A stretch of DNA of 64,000 nt, from NCBI GenBank assembly GCA_963729605.1, contig CAVSNY010000002.1, forward strand, positions 192,001 through 256,000, given 5' to 3'. Made by a program: the position numbers and the translations under genes. A model generated the notes under the pieces. It had not been told where the DNA came from, ran no database searches, and saw only the letters and a program-made list of their open reading frames with translations. The stretch is from an uncultured Gammaproteobacteria bacterium. Lineage in GTDB: Bacteria > Pseudomonadota > Gammaproteobacteria > DRLM01. Shown one piece after another: positions 8,674-21,897 of the stretch; position 1 is the first letter of the stretch, and the number at the start of each line of letters is the position of its first letter.

Positions 8674-9624
8674 TCAATCTACTCGCCGCCAGGCGCCATC
8701 TTCCTGCACGACTTCATACTTGGCCCAGCGGGCGAAGTCGGCGCGGGTGCAAGTGCCGGTGGTGCGGGCCTGGGCGCCGGCCATGACGCGATAAATGATT
8801 TTGTCTTTGGCGGGAGATGAAACGACGCCCGCTTCATCGATGACCTTGCGTACCGATCCGTCGCTGCCGGGCCGGCCGTTGCTGTAACAATGGCCGAGCA
8901 GGATTTGTTCGGGCGACAGGCGCGCCGCTTCGGCATGCCGGGCGGCCAGCGTATAAATCTCGGCGAGGTCCGGCGCGCTAATGTCCACGAAGGATTCCAT
9001 GCGGTTTAACGCGTAACGTATGTCCTCTTCGCCGAGATAGGGCGGCATCGCCTCGGCCGCCGAGATCTGCGCTTCCGCCGTTTTAAAAGAGGAAAGCCCC
9101 AGCGGATAACGCCGCCAGGGGAACAGATAATTGAACAGGACCGCGATAACGATGATCGCCAGGGTGTCCAGCACCACCGGCGCGACCACGTATTGATACC
9201 CGAGTTGGTGCACCGCCTCATCGCCGAGTACGGCGCTGAGCGCGGTGGCGCCGCCCGGCGGATGCAGACAGCGCAGATAGTACATGATGACCAGCGCGAG
9301 ACCGACCGCCAGCGCGGCGGCGACCTGCGGGTTGGCGATATGATTGGCGCAGGCGACGCCGATGAGGGCGCTGATGAATTGTCCTCCGAACAACGGCCAG
9401 GGTTGGGTGAACGGGCTATGCGGCGTGGCGAACAGCAGCACCGCGGAGGCGCCCAGCGACGCGATGACCAGCGGGGTCCCCAGATCGGGAATCAGCCATG
9501 AGTTGAGCGCGCCGACCAAAAAAATCGCGATGAGTGCGCCCATACCGGAGACCAGTTTTTCGACGTGGTGGCCGGCGGGCGGCTCGGCGTACCGGCTGAA
9601 AAAATAGCGGCGTAGTTTATTCAT
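8674..9624 (-). CDS. HPP family membrane protein
   Basis: ASLGASAVLLF..PHSPFTQPW, RCLHPPGGATAL, plus a soluble C-terminal tail. Confidence 0.9.
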   Translation of the reverse strand: MNKLRRYFFSRYAEPPAGHHVEKLVSGMGALIAIFLVGALNSWLIPDLGTPLVIASLGASAVLLFATPHSPFTQPWPLFGGQFISALIGVACANHIANPQVAAALAVGLALVIMYYLRCLHPPGGATALSAVLGDEAVHQLGYQYVVAPVVLDTLAIIVIAVLFNYLFPWRRYPLGLSSFKTAEAQISAAEAMPPYLGEEDIRYALNRMESFVDISAPDLAEIYTLAARHAEAARLSPEQILLGHCYSNGRPGSDGSVRKVIDEAGVVSSPAKDKIIYRVMAGAQARTTGTCTRADFARWAKYEVVQEDGAWRRVD

Positions 9625-10075
9625 GCGGTATTTGTGACGGCGTGTTGTTGGCTACGGCGGTGACGCTTAAAGACGCCTTTAACATACAACATTTAATGCC
9701 CTGTTAGCCAGAACGGATTTCACGGCAATTACGCCGTTTTTTCTGCGGATTTTTTGCACGAGGGAGATGGAGGCGGGTCCGTGAGTGCCGAGCCGTTCGC
9801 GGCTGTTCACGATACCTGTCACATCACTTAAGAACGCCCGCGAGTTTGCAGGTCTGGCGAACTTGATTAATCGATCCCTCTTAAAATCGAGGTTTGACGG
9901 CAGGGCATTTTCGGCGGAGGTTGCGCGGCTTGAAAGCCCCGTTCCGATTTCGAGAGAGCTTGAATAAGCGTGTAAACCCAGCCTCGTCCCTCCGGCACCG
10001 GAAAAATCTCGGCCCTTCCCCTTTCCCGCTTGCGAGAGAGGGGGCATGACTCTTCGGTCCGGCTTGGCGTCTCTT

Positions 10076-10225
10076 AAGGAAGCTCTCAATAATTCCATCC
10101 TGGAATCTTCAGCGCACGGGAAGTGAAAATGTGATTTTCGCTTCCCTTGGTTTTTAACGGCTGCCATTGAAGATGGCGGCACATCCATGTGCCGCGGGAG
10201 CCTCTGAATGAATCAGAGGTTCCTT
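10076..10225. mobile_element. MITE-like element with IS5-family-like ends
   Basis: Imperfect terminal inverted repeats AAGGAAGCTCTCAAT / AATCAGAGGTTCCTT and internal palindrome GCGGCACATCCATGTGCCGC. No convincing coding frame. Confidence 0.55.
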
Positions 10226-10251
10226 GATTTGATTCCACGTTGAGATAGGTT

Positions 10252-10725
10252 CTAGCCGTTCTCGAGCAGCGACCGCAGCATCCAGGCGTTTTTCTCGTGG
10301 ATCTCCATGCGCTGAGTGAGCAGGTCGGCGGTCGGCTGGTCGTTGGCGGCCTCGGCGACGCGGAAGGCCGCGCGCGCGGTGCGCGCCACCGCTTCCTGGC
10401 CCGCCACCAGTTGCCGGATCATGTCCTCTGCCGAGGGCACGCCGTCCTCCTCCTTGATGCTGGAGAGTTCGGCGTAACGCCGGTACGAACCCGGCGCCGG
10501 AAAACCCAGCGCGCGGATGCGTTCGGCGATGAGGTCGAGGGCGTTCCACAGCTCGGTGTATTGGGTCATGAACATGGTGTGCAGGGTCTGGAACATCGGC
10601 CCGGTGACGTTCCAGTGAAAATTGTGGGTCTTGAGGTACAGGATGTAGCTGTCGGCGAGCATGCGCGACAGCGCCTCGGTGATGTCCTTGCGGTCGGTTT
10701 CGGCGATGCCGATGTCGATGGCCAT
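10252..10725 (-). CDS. dps: Dps DNA-protection mini-ferritin
   Basis: [49 protein letters not shown]. Confidence 0.95.
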   Translation of the reverse strand: MAIDIGIAETDRKDITEALSRMLADSYILYLKTHNFHWNVTGPMFQTLHTMFMTQYTELWNALDLIAERIRALGFPAPGSYRRYAELSSIKEEDGVPSAEDMIRQLVAGQEAVARTARAAFRVAEAANDQPTADLLTQRMEIHEKNAWMLRSLLENG

Positions 10726-10769
10726 GGTGTCGTCCTCCTGGAAGTGGCGTTAAATGAAACGCCGGGTGT

Positions 10770-11696
10770 TCAGCCCAGCGTGGTGTCTAAAATCATCATC
10801 AGCGCGAAGCCGGCCATCAGGCCGAGGGTCGCCGGGGTCTGATGGCCGTTGCGGTGGGTCTCGGGGATCACCTCGTGCGAGACCACGAAAATCATCGCGC
10901 CGGCGGCGAGGCCGAGGCCGATCGGATACGCGATGGCCAGTCCGCTGGAGAGCCCCACCCCCAGCAGCGCGCCGAGCGGTTCGAGCATGCCGCTGCCGGC
11001 GGCGATCAGCACGCTGGGCAAGGCGCCGAAACCCGCGCCGCGCAGCGCGAGGGCGACCGCGAGTCCTTCCGGAATGTCTTGCAGCGCGATGGCGGTGGTG
11101 AGCGGCAGGCCCACGCTCAGGTCGGCTTCCGCGAAGCTGACGCCGATCGCCATGCCCTCGGGCAGATTATGCAGCGCGATGGCGAATACGAACAACCATA
11201 CCCGGCCGCAGCGTTCGTGACCGGGGCCGCAGGGGCCGGTCTTGTCGTGTTCGTGCGGCGTGAATTCGTCGAGGCCCAGCATCAGCATGACGCCGATGGC
11301 CATGCCGAACACCACCACCGCCGCGCCCAGGCCCTTGTTGTCGGTAATCTGCGTGCCCGCTTCCAGGCCGGGCAGCAGCAGCGAGAAGGCGCTCGCCGCC
11401 AGCATCATGCCGGCGGCGAGGCCGAGCAGGCTGTCTTCGACGCGCTGGGGAATGCGGCGCAACATCAGGGCAGGCAGGGCGCCGAGGGTGGTGGTGGCGA
11501 AACCCGCCAGACCGCCGAGCAGCGCATACCTCACCGCCGCATCGGCCTCGCCCGACCATATCAACACGAGGCTTTGCAGCAGCAGGCCCAGCATGGTGAC
11601 CAGGGCGATGCCGAGACCGGTCGCGATCAGAGGATGGTCGCCGGCATGCCTGCGCAGCAGGCCGAACCAGGTGGGCGGTGTGCGGGCGATTTCCAC
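10770..11696 (-). CDS. ZIP family (GufA/ZupT) metal transporter
   Basis: AIALHNLPEGMAIG, QDIPEG, HEVIPETH. Confidence 0.92.
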   Translation of the reverse strand: MEIARTPPTWFGLLRRHAGDHPLIATGLGIALVTMLGLLLQSLVLIWSGEADAAVRYALLGGLAGFATTTLGALPALMLRRIPQRVEDSLLGLAAGMMLAASAFSLLLPGLEAGTQITDNKGLGAAVVVFGMAIGVMLMLGLDEFTPHEHDKTGPCGPGHERCGRVWLFVFAIALHNLPEGMAIGVSFAEADLSVGLPLTTAIALQDIPEGLAVALALRGAGFGALPSVLIAAGSGMLEPLGALLGVGLSSGLAIAYPIGLGLAAGAMIFVVSHEVIPETHRNGHQTPATLGLMAGFALMMILDTTLG

Positions 11697-11845
11697 GCCT
11701 TTGCTACCTCGTCATCGCGGCTGAAAAATCCGATTGCTTCAGTGTCGAGTGTACTCCCAAAGCCCGGCGGCCGCATGGGACTCATGAAAACCGGGGCGGA
11801 ACGTCATCGTTGATTTCGCGCGCGGCCGGTCGGCGGCGGCCGCGC

Positions 11846-12724
11846 TTAATAGATTTTCTCGTCCCCCGCCGGACGGGTGCGAAAACGTTTATAGCCCCAT
11901 TGATACTGTTGCGGAGAGCGGCGTATCAAGTCTTCAACCATCGCATTCATCACGCCCACGGAATTTTCGATGGGCGCTTGATTGATCGCCGGCGGGGCGG
12001 GAAAGAAATGCAGATGATAGCCGCGGCCACCCGGCAGGCGTTCGGCGTAGCCGAAGATCACCGCCGCGCCGGTTTTGATGGCGAGCCGCGACAGCAGCAC
12101 CATGGTGTTGGCCGGCACGCCGAACAGCGGCGCGAACACGCCGTTGCCGGCGCCGGGTTCCTGGTCGGGCAACATGCCCACCAATTCGCCGCGGCCCAGG
12201 GCTTGATACAGCGCCCGCACGCCGCCGGCATCGGCCGGCACCAGCTTGGCGCCGAGGCGTTCGCGGCCATGGCGCACCAGCGTATCCATTTCCGCCAAGC
12301 GCGGCGGCCGATACAGACTGGTCATGGGATAGTGATGTGAGCAATACAGTCCGATCATTTCCCAGGCGCCCAGATGCGGCACGGCCAGGATGGCGCCCTT
12401 GCCGAGCGCGAGGGCGTTGCGCAGATGTTCTTCGCCGCTCACCGCGCGCACCAGTCGCAGCGTGCGTTCGCCGGGCCACAACCACAAGGCGCCGGCCTCG
12501 CACATGGTCTTGCCGGCCTCGATGAGGCTGGCGTGGATCAGCCGCCGTTGTCGCGCGGCGCCGAGTTCCGGCCAGCACAGCGGCACGTTGATCGCGCTAA
12601 TGCGGCGCAGTTGATTGGGCGCGATCAGCAGGCCGCCGCCGATGATGACGCCCGCGGCGTGGGCGAGCGGCAGCGGCAGGGCGGCGAGGGCGCGCAGCAG
12701 CCGGCGGATTAGACGCGCGCGCAT
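11846..12724 (-). CDS. lpxL: Lipid A late acyltransferase (LpxL/HtrB family)
   Basis: PHLGAWE, LPDQEP, PQQYQWGYKRFRTRP. Confidence 0.85.
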   Translation of the reverse strand: MRARLIRRLLRALAALPLPLAHAAGVIIGGGLLIAPNQLRRISAINVPLCWPELGAARQRRLIHASLIEAGKTMCEAGALWLWPGERTLRLVRAVSGEEHLRNALALGKGAILAVPHLGAWEMIGLYCSHHYPMTSLYRPPRLAEMDTLVRHGRERLGAKLVPADAGGVRALYQALGRGELVGMLPDQEPGAGNGVFAPLFGVPANTMVLLSRLAIKTGAAVIFGYAERLPGGRGYHLHFFPAPPAINQAPIENSVGVMNAMVEDLIRRSPQQYQWGYKRFRTRPAGDEKIY

Positions 12725-12727
12725 GGC

Positions 12728-12967
12728 TCAGTCACCGCCGGCGGACAAGTCGGCGGAGTAATCGGTGTCGAGTATGAGGCGGGCCTGCGCACTGTGTTCC
12801 GCGTCCACTTGCAATTTGATCCAGCCCACCGCGATGTTGTACAGCCAATCGGTCTGGCCGAGGTGTTCGTCCTTCAACCAACAGGCGATGCCTTCGGTTT
12901 CGAGGCGGCCCTTGGCGATGTGGGCGGCGGGCATATTGTCGAAGGTGGCGACGGTAACCAGTTTCAT
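12728..12967 (-). CDS. DUF2007 family small protein
   Basis: LVTVATF...AHIAKGRLETEGI...IKLQV. 3 nt gap to lpxL. Confidence 0.8.
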   Translation of the reverse strand: MKLVTVATFDNMPAAHIAKGRLETEGIACWLKDEHLGQTDWLYNIAVGWIKLQVDAEHSAQARLILDTDYSADLSAGGD

Positions 12968-13075
12968 GCGGGGAGTCCAGTCCGGGCGCTGTCTGCGCTA
13001 GGCCGCTATTCTAGCGTAGCGCTTCGCAATGGCTGGAATATTTGCTCCGCGATGAAAGACCAAACGGTTCCATCA

Positions 13076-13213
13076 CTCCCCTCCTCAAACGAGGAGGGGT
13101 GGCGCGCTAGCGCCGGGGTGGTTGGGTGCAAAGGCGCAGTGAGCAGACTACTCGGGCACGGCGCATAAACCACTCCGCCCCTCCGGGGCACCCTCCTTGT
13201 ACAAGGAGGGGAG
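13076..13213. repeat. Inverted pair of REP-like palindromes (CCCCTCCT-N4-AGGAGGGG family)
   Basis: CCCCTCCTCAAACGAGGAGGGG...GGGGTGGTT and AACCACTCC...CCCTCCTTGTACAAGGAGGGG. The same family recurs at 60148-60255. Confidence 0.7.
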
Positions 13214-13304
13214 ATTTCTGTTCCTCAATATACGAAGCACTACACTAGCCGTTCCGGCCCCGACCCCACTCGCGTCCGGCGGGCATGCCGGACCGGGGCG
13301 TGGG

Positions 13305-13313
13305 TGATAGAAT
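13305..13313 (+). promoter_or_regulatory. Extended -10 promoter element for metH
   Basis: TGATAGAAT about 55 nt before the ATG. Confidence 0.45.
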
Positions 13314-13369
13314 AGCCCCCTTTTTTGAATTGACGGCGGCCGCGCCGCCGCGCACGGGTGAAGAAAACG

Positions 13370-17035
<3,666 letters not shown>

Positions 17036-17040
17036 CTGCT

Positions 17041-17523
17041 ATGAGTCTCCCTGATTTAACTGAACTCACAATTGCCGATCTGCTTGCCACCCATAGCGCG
17101 GTGCTGGATGAGTTGCGGCATCGGAATGTGATTCGCTCAAAAAACAACCCGACAGGTGATTATGCGGAGTGGCTCGTTTCAACAAAGCTCGGTCTTATGC
17201 TCGAAACAAACTCCGCCAAGGGTTTTGATGCCAAAGATTCGCAGGGGCTGCGTTACCAGATTAAAGGGCGCCGAATAACTCCCGGAAACAAATCCACTCA
17301 GTTGGGCGTAATTAGGAATATCGATGGCAAAGATTTTGATTTTCTAGTGGCTGTAGTTTTCGATGCAAAGTGGCAAGTATGCTATGCCGCAAAAATTCCT
17401 TATCAAACCGTTCCTTTGTTAGCCACATATCGCGCACACGTAAACGGTCATACAATGCATTTGCGCCCCGCCGTTTTTGATATGCCGAACGTTGAGGACG
17501 TTTCCCATAAACTGCGTAGCTGA
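17041..17523 (+). CDS. Small PD-(D/E)xK-fold nuclease-like protein (DUF6998-like)
   Basis: GDYAEWLV...KGFDA...RYQIKGR. Visibly AT-richer than its neighbours. Confidence 0.7.
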   Translation: MSLPDLTELTIADLLATHSAVLDELRHRNVIRSKNNPTGDYAEWLVSTKLGLMLETNSAKGFDAKDSQGLRYQIKGRRITPGNKSTQLGVIRNIDGKDFDFLVAVVFDAKWQVCYAAKIPYQTVPLLATYRAHVNGHTMHLRPAVFDMPNVEDVSHKLRS

Positions 17524-17633
17524 CTCATCGCGTGTTCAAGCAATAAGTTCGCCGCCATTTGGCTCCGCGTTAGACATCATGGCCATTCCTATCGTACTTC
17601 TCCTTTTAAACGGATAGCGATTCACGCGCACAC

Positions 17634-17668
17634 AAAAAAAGACACCCCGCCATTGCCGGCGAGGTGTC
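17634..17668 (-). terminator. Intrinsic terminator downstream of the catalase
   Basis: Minus strand GACACCTCGCC-GGCAAT-GGCGGGGTGTC followed by T7. Confidence 0.75.
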
Positions 17669-17711
17669 CGTTTCTCAAAAGACCTACTGAAAGTTTAGAT
17701 CGGCAACACGA

Positions 17712-19179
17712 TCACGCCCGTTGATTTAAAGCCTTGCTGACCCGGCTGGCGTAGTCCGCGTCCACTTTGGCGAATTGGGCCAGCATCCGTTCTTGCGCCG
17801 ACTTGGAGGCGTGGATCAAACCGTCGGCGATGTTGTTGACCAGCTGATTTTTTTGATCGTCGCTCATCAGCCGGTATAAATTGCCGGGCTGGCTGTAGTG
17901 GTCGGCCTCGCTGGTGTCGTAGGCCTTGACCCAGGCGTTTTCCAGCAGCGGCAGCGGCGGCGCCGCGGTTTCCGGCGCGGGAGCGGGGGCGCCTTGCGCG
18001 GTTTGGTCGTTGGGGAAGAAGTTCACGCTGTCGTCTTGGTTGTTGCTGCCGCCATGGGCCGGGCACATGCCCGCCATCGCGCCGTCGCGTTGGTAATGAT
18101 TGACCGGGCAGCTTGGGCGCGTTGACCGGAAGCTGATTGGCGTTGACGCCGATGCGGTAACGATGGGCGTCCTGATAGGCCAGCAGGCGCGCCTGCAACA
18201 TTTTGTCGGGCGAGGCGCCGATGCCCGGCACCAGATTGCTGGGCGCGAATGCGGACTGCTCGGTTTCCGCGAAATAATTGGTGACGTTGCGGTTGAGTTC
18301 GAGCTGGCCGATCTCGATCAGCGGGAAATCACCGTGCGGCCAAATCTTGGTCAGATCGAAAGGGTTGATGTGATAGGTCTTGGCCTGGGCCTCGCTCATA
18401 ATTTGCAGCTTGACGGTCCAGCTCGGAAATTCGCCGCGGTCGATGGCTTCCACCAAATCCTTCTGCGCGCCGAAAGCGGGCATTTTGGCGGCTTCTTCAT
18501 TGGTCAGGGATTTGATGCCCTGGTTGGTTTTGATGTGCCACTTGACCCAGTAGCGCTCGCCTTTGCGCGTTCCAGAAACTCAAGGTGTGCGAACTGAAGC
18601 CGTGCATGTGGCGCAGCGAATAGGGTATGCCACGGTCCGACATCAGGATCGTCATCTGATGCAGCGACTGCGGGTGGTTGGCCCAGAATTCGTATACGGC
18701 AGCAGGATCGGGAAGATTGGTCGCGCGGATTTTTCTTCTGCGAATGGATGAAGTCGGGAAACTTGATGCGGGTCGCTCAAGAAAAATACCGGCGTGTTGT
18801 TGCCGACCATGTCGAAGTTGCCTTGCTCGGTATAAAATTTGATCGCGAAGCCCCGCGGGTCCCGGGCGTAGTCACTGGAGTCCTGTCCGCCGCCGACAGT
18901 GGAAAAGCGCACGAAGACCTCGGTCTTCTGCCCCGGTTGCTGGAGAAAGCTCGCGATGCTGTAATCTTGAGGACTTTTGTCAAGCGTGAAACTGCCGTAG
19001 GCGCCGGTGCCGCGCGCATGCACCACTCGTTCCGGAATGCGTTCGCGGTTGAAGTGCGCGAGCTTTTCAAACAACTGATGGTTGTCGAAGGTTAACGGGC
19101 CGCGTTCGCCGGCGCTGATGCTGTTGTTGTCGTCGGCGACCGGTGCGCCGTTGGATGTGGTTAATGTCCTGTTGCTCAT
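17712..19179 (-). pseudogene. katA: Monofunctional heme catalase interrupted by four +1 insertions (pseudogene or assembly error)
   Basis: [34 protein letters not shown]. Removing single bases at ~18768, 18722, 18565 and 18111 restores one 487-aa frame. Confidence 0.9.
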
Positions 19180-19276
19180 GATTCCCTCCTGCTCTACTCA
19201 AGTTGCGGTTCCGCTGAACCGTTGGTGTAAATTGGTGTTCGAAGAAAATACTAACAAGCGAAACGGGTTTAGTTAA

Positions 19277-19313
19277 TTTGATTTTTACAATGAGGGCGAT
19301 TGGATGTCGCTAT
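19277..19313. promoter_or_regulatory. OxyR-type operator upstream of the catalase
   Basis: TTTG-N7-CAAT-N7-ATTG-N7-CTAT against the consensus ATAG-N7-CTAT-N7-ATAG-N7-CTAT. Confidence 0.7.
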
Positions 19314-19374
19314 GAATGGAGAGATGCCCGCGACCGATCCTGTCGGTGTTGTTAACGCTGAAAATTGTTTAATT

Positions 19375-19408
19375 GCCAAGGCGGCAAGGTTGTCTTGGCG
19401 CCTTGGCG
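19375..19408. repeat. GCCAAGGCG...CGCCTTGGC palindromic repeat
   Basis: GCCAAGGCGGCAAG-GTTGT-CTTGGCGCCTTGGC. A related copy lies at ~45996-46049. Confidence 0.55.
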
Positions 19409-19428
19409 GCTCACATTAAACTGATCGG

Positions 19429-20313
19429 CTAGCGCTGATTCGCGATTTGTCCCCGCCACACCGGCAGGATTTCCGCGACAAAGGCGTCGAAGCTGCGGGG
19501 CTCGTGTTTCAATATTTTGCGCTGCGCCGCGAAATCCGCGGGGCTGGCGATCATGCCGTGTTGCTGAAAATGCTGGTACATGGCGCGGAGGTCTTTGACC
19601 ATCCATTCCGGCATCATGTGCTGCGACTGCTTCGCCCACTCGTCCAGGTCATTGCCCGCGTAGCGGATGGGGCGTCCCAGGTGTTTGCTGAAGACCGCGG
19701 CCACCGCTTCGCCGGTCAGCACGTCCGGTCCGTGCAAAGGATATTCGGCGCCTTCGTGGCCGGGTTCGGTCAAGGCGGTGACGGCGGCCTCGGCCACGTC
19801 GCGGATATCCACCCGATTCAAACCTGTCGAGCCGATGGGCGGGGGGTATACGCCGTAGGACATGATCGCCGCGCGGCACCATAGAAAATCGTTTTGAAAA
19901 AAGTTATTGGGCCGCAGGATGGTATAGGCGAAGCCCGCCTGTTTGATGGCCTGTTCGACGGCGAGTTTGCTGCGGAAATGGGGGATGTTTTCAGAACCCG
20001 GCGGCATGGGTACCGACAGATAGACCAGCTTGGTGATGCCCGCCGACTTGGCCGCTTCCACCGCGGCCAGACCCAATTGGGTTTCGTTGCGGCTGAGGGG
20101 GGTGATCAAAAACACGCCGTCGACGCCGTCGAAGGCCATGCCCAGCGAGGCGGGTTTCTCCAGGTCGCCCACGCAGCCTTCCACGCCGTCGGGGAGGGAC
20201 TTGACCTTGTTGGCGTAACGGGACATGCAGCGCACGCCGACGCCACGTTGCCGGAGACCGTGTATCACCGCGCCGCCCAGCGTACCCGTACCACCGATCA
20301 CCAATATTTTCAT
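19429..20313 (-). CDS. NmrA-like NAD(P)-binding protein (atypical SDR)
   Basis: ILVIGGTGTLG, YTILRPNNFFQN, VDIRDVAEAA. Confidence 0.9.
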   Translation of the reverse strand: MKILVIGGTGTLGGAVIHGLRQRGVGVRCMSRYANKVKSLPDGVEGCVGDLEKPASLGMAFDGVDGVFLITPLSRNETQLGLAAVEAAKSAGITKLVYLSVPMPPGSENIPHFRSKLAVEQAIKQAGFAYTILRPNNFFQNDFLWCRAAIMSYGVYPPPIGSTGLNRVDIRDVAEAAVTALTEPGHEGAEYPLHGPDVLTGEAVAAVFSKHLGRPIRYAGNDLDEWAKQSQHMMPEWMVKDLRAMYQHFQQHGMIASPADFAAQRKILKHEPRSFDAFVAEILPVWRGQIANQR

Positions 20314-20473
20314 TATCTCTCCCCTCTGAGTCAGGCCGCGGGCGCGAATATGAAAACCGAGTGGATACTCGATTTTTATATTGGCGCGGTGTCAGGCCGC
20401 TACTCTCGCACTGATTGCCAGGCAAGACAAGTTGTAATGGGCGATTAGATGCGTGGCGGACGGTGTCGGGGGC

Positions 20474-20713
20474 TCAGTGCAAGCTGGCCCGCCCGCCTAG
20501 CGCCATCTGGGTGCGGAAGGTCACTTCCGGGTGGACCAGGCTGGGATAAATGACCACTTGCATGCCCAAGGCATGGTCCACTGTGCCGTGAGGAGAAACC
20601 TCCAATTCACCGCGTAAGGTTCGGAACTGCTCCGCATTTAAATAGAGAAGATTGGGGGCATAGCCGTGTTCGCGTTCGAAGCGGAAGGCCAGGGCAAGAA
20701 TAAAGCTGAGCAT
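20474..20713 (-). CDS. 79-aa hypothetical protein, possible HK97 A-domain-like fold
   Basis: GGAGAG RBS and globular composition. GYAPNLLYLN...LGMQVVIYPSL pattern. Confidence 0.7.
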   Translation of the reverse strand: MLSFILALAFRFEREHGYAPNLLYLNAEQFRTLRGELEVSPHGTVDHALGMQVVIYPSLVHPEVTFRTQMALGGRASLH

Positions 20714-20971
20714 GGTAAGGTCTCTCCCACCGCCGTGCGACGATACCGGTTTGCAGCATCACATCGCGGATTGTCGATTTACCTTTAATTCGGACAAAAG
20801 GCCGGGTTCTTTAGGGGGCTGAACGAGGGCGCTGAGCGGAAGGGGGATTTGCGCCGCGGCGGCGCATGCGCATGTAAAAATAAACATCCCCAGGCCGGTG
20901 TCGGCCCGTGCGGGAGATGAAACGGGGTAGAGGAGCGGCAGGTCGCCGCCCCTCTTTGAAATTATGTTGGT

Positions 20972-21247
20972 TTAGAAACGATTCCGGTCTTGGCGCGGGG
21001 CCCGTTCACGCTCGCGCGCTTCGTTGATGCGCAAGGGGCGGCCGTTGATTTCTTTGCCGTTCAATGCGGAGATCGCGTTGCTCGCGGCGGAATCGTCCAT
21101 TTCCACGAAGGCGAAACCACGAGGCCTGCCGGTCTCGCGATCAGAAACCATTTTGACGGAGTGCACGGAGCCGTATTGGCTGAACATGTTGCGCACTTCG
21201 TCTTCGGTGGAAGTAAATGGCAGGTTACCGACATAAATAGACTTCAT
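20972..21247 (-). CDS. RRM-domain RNA-binding protein (Rbp type)
   Basis: RNP2 IYVGNL, RNP1 RGFAFVEM, Arg-rich tail. Confidence 0.95.
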   Translation of the reverse strand: MKSIYVGNLPFTSTEDEVRNMFSQYGSVHSVKMVSDRETGRPRGFAFVEMDDSAASNAISALNGKEINGRPLRINEARERERAPRQDRNRF

Positions 21248-21897
21248 AATCACAAATCACTCTCTAGAAGCGGTTCCTAAGGTTTGACGTAGCATCGTCA
21301 AGGCAGTGAACCTACACTAACAAACGCAGCCGTTACCTATCCTCTCTTGCGCCTGGATATTGAGGCAAACCATCGGCGGGTGAGAGGAGTGTCGCAACGC
21401 GCTGCAACCGGCCCAGGCTATTACGCGAGTCATAGACGGCAATATGAATCTTAATTGATGCAAAGAAGAGACGCGTTATAGACTTATTGGCCAAAGCAAA
21501 GCTTACCCCTTCTTACACGGCCAGACAATCCATTTCTTTAGGCCATTTCCGGAATTTAATGGCGTTTTTTGAGGCGGCATCATCGTAAGTTGAAGAGCGC
21601 GGCTAATAGTTTGATGCGGCCATTACTCGAATCGGCCGGCGATCTTTTAGTCGTCGCCGACCCTTCATCCATACCTTGATAAATCCGATTGGTTGACTGT
21701 GAATGCTGCATGTTGACCGCTCATGTTTTGCTGGTGTTCATTGTCACCGCAACTCGGTTGCCTTGCCTGGAAACGTGCGAGGAGCCGGACCTTGTAACGG
21801 CGTTAACCGCTGATCGATATTTTTAAAGAATAAATGCCCGCCGGCCGTAAACCAGGCGTGGCATGCCGTTCACATAATAATTTTTATGGAGTATGCA

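Noticed and set aside
9679-10188. 169-aa ORF (and the similar 53354-53740 ORF)
   Set aside because: It runs through REP/MITE sequence and has no protein-like features.
12968-13369. Cobalamin/SAM/SAH riboswitch upstream of metH
   Set aside because: The hairpins are REP-like repeats, and I found no riboswitch consensus.
21361-21410. c-di-GMP-I riboswitch (GGCAAACC), also at ~60042
   Set aside because: No GNRA-capped P2 stem and no GACGCAAAGC segment.
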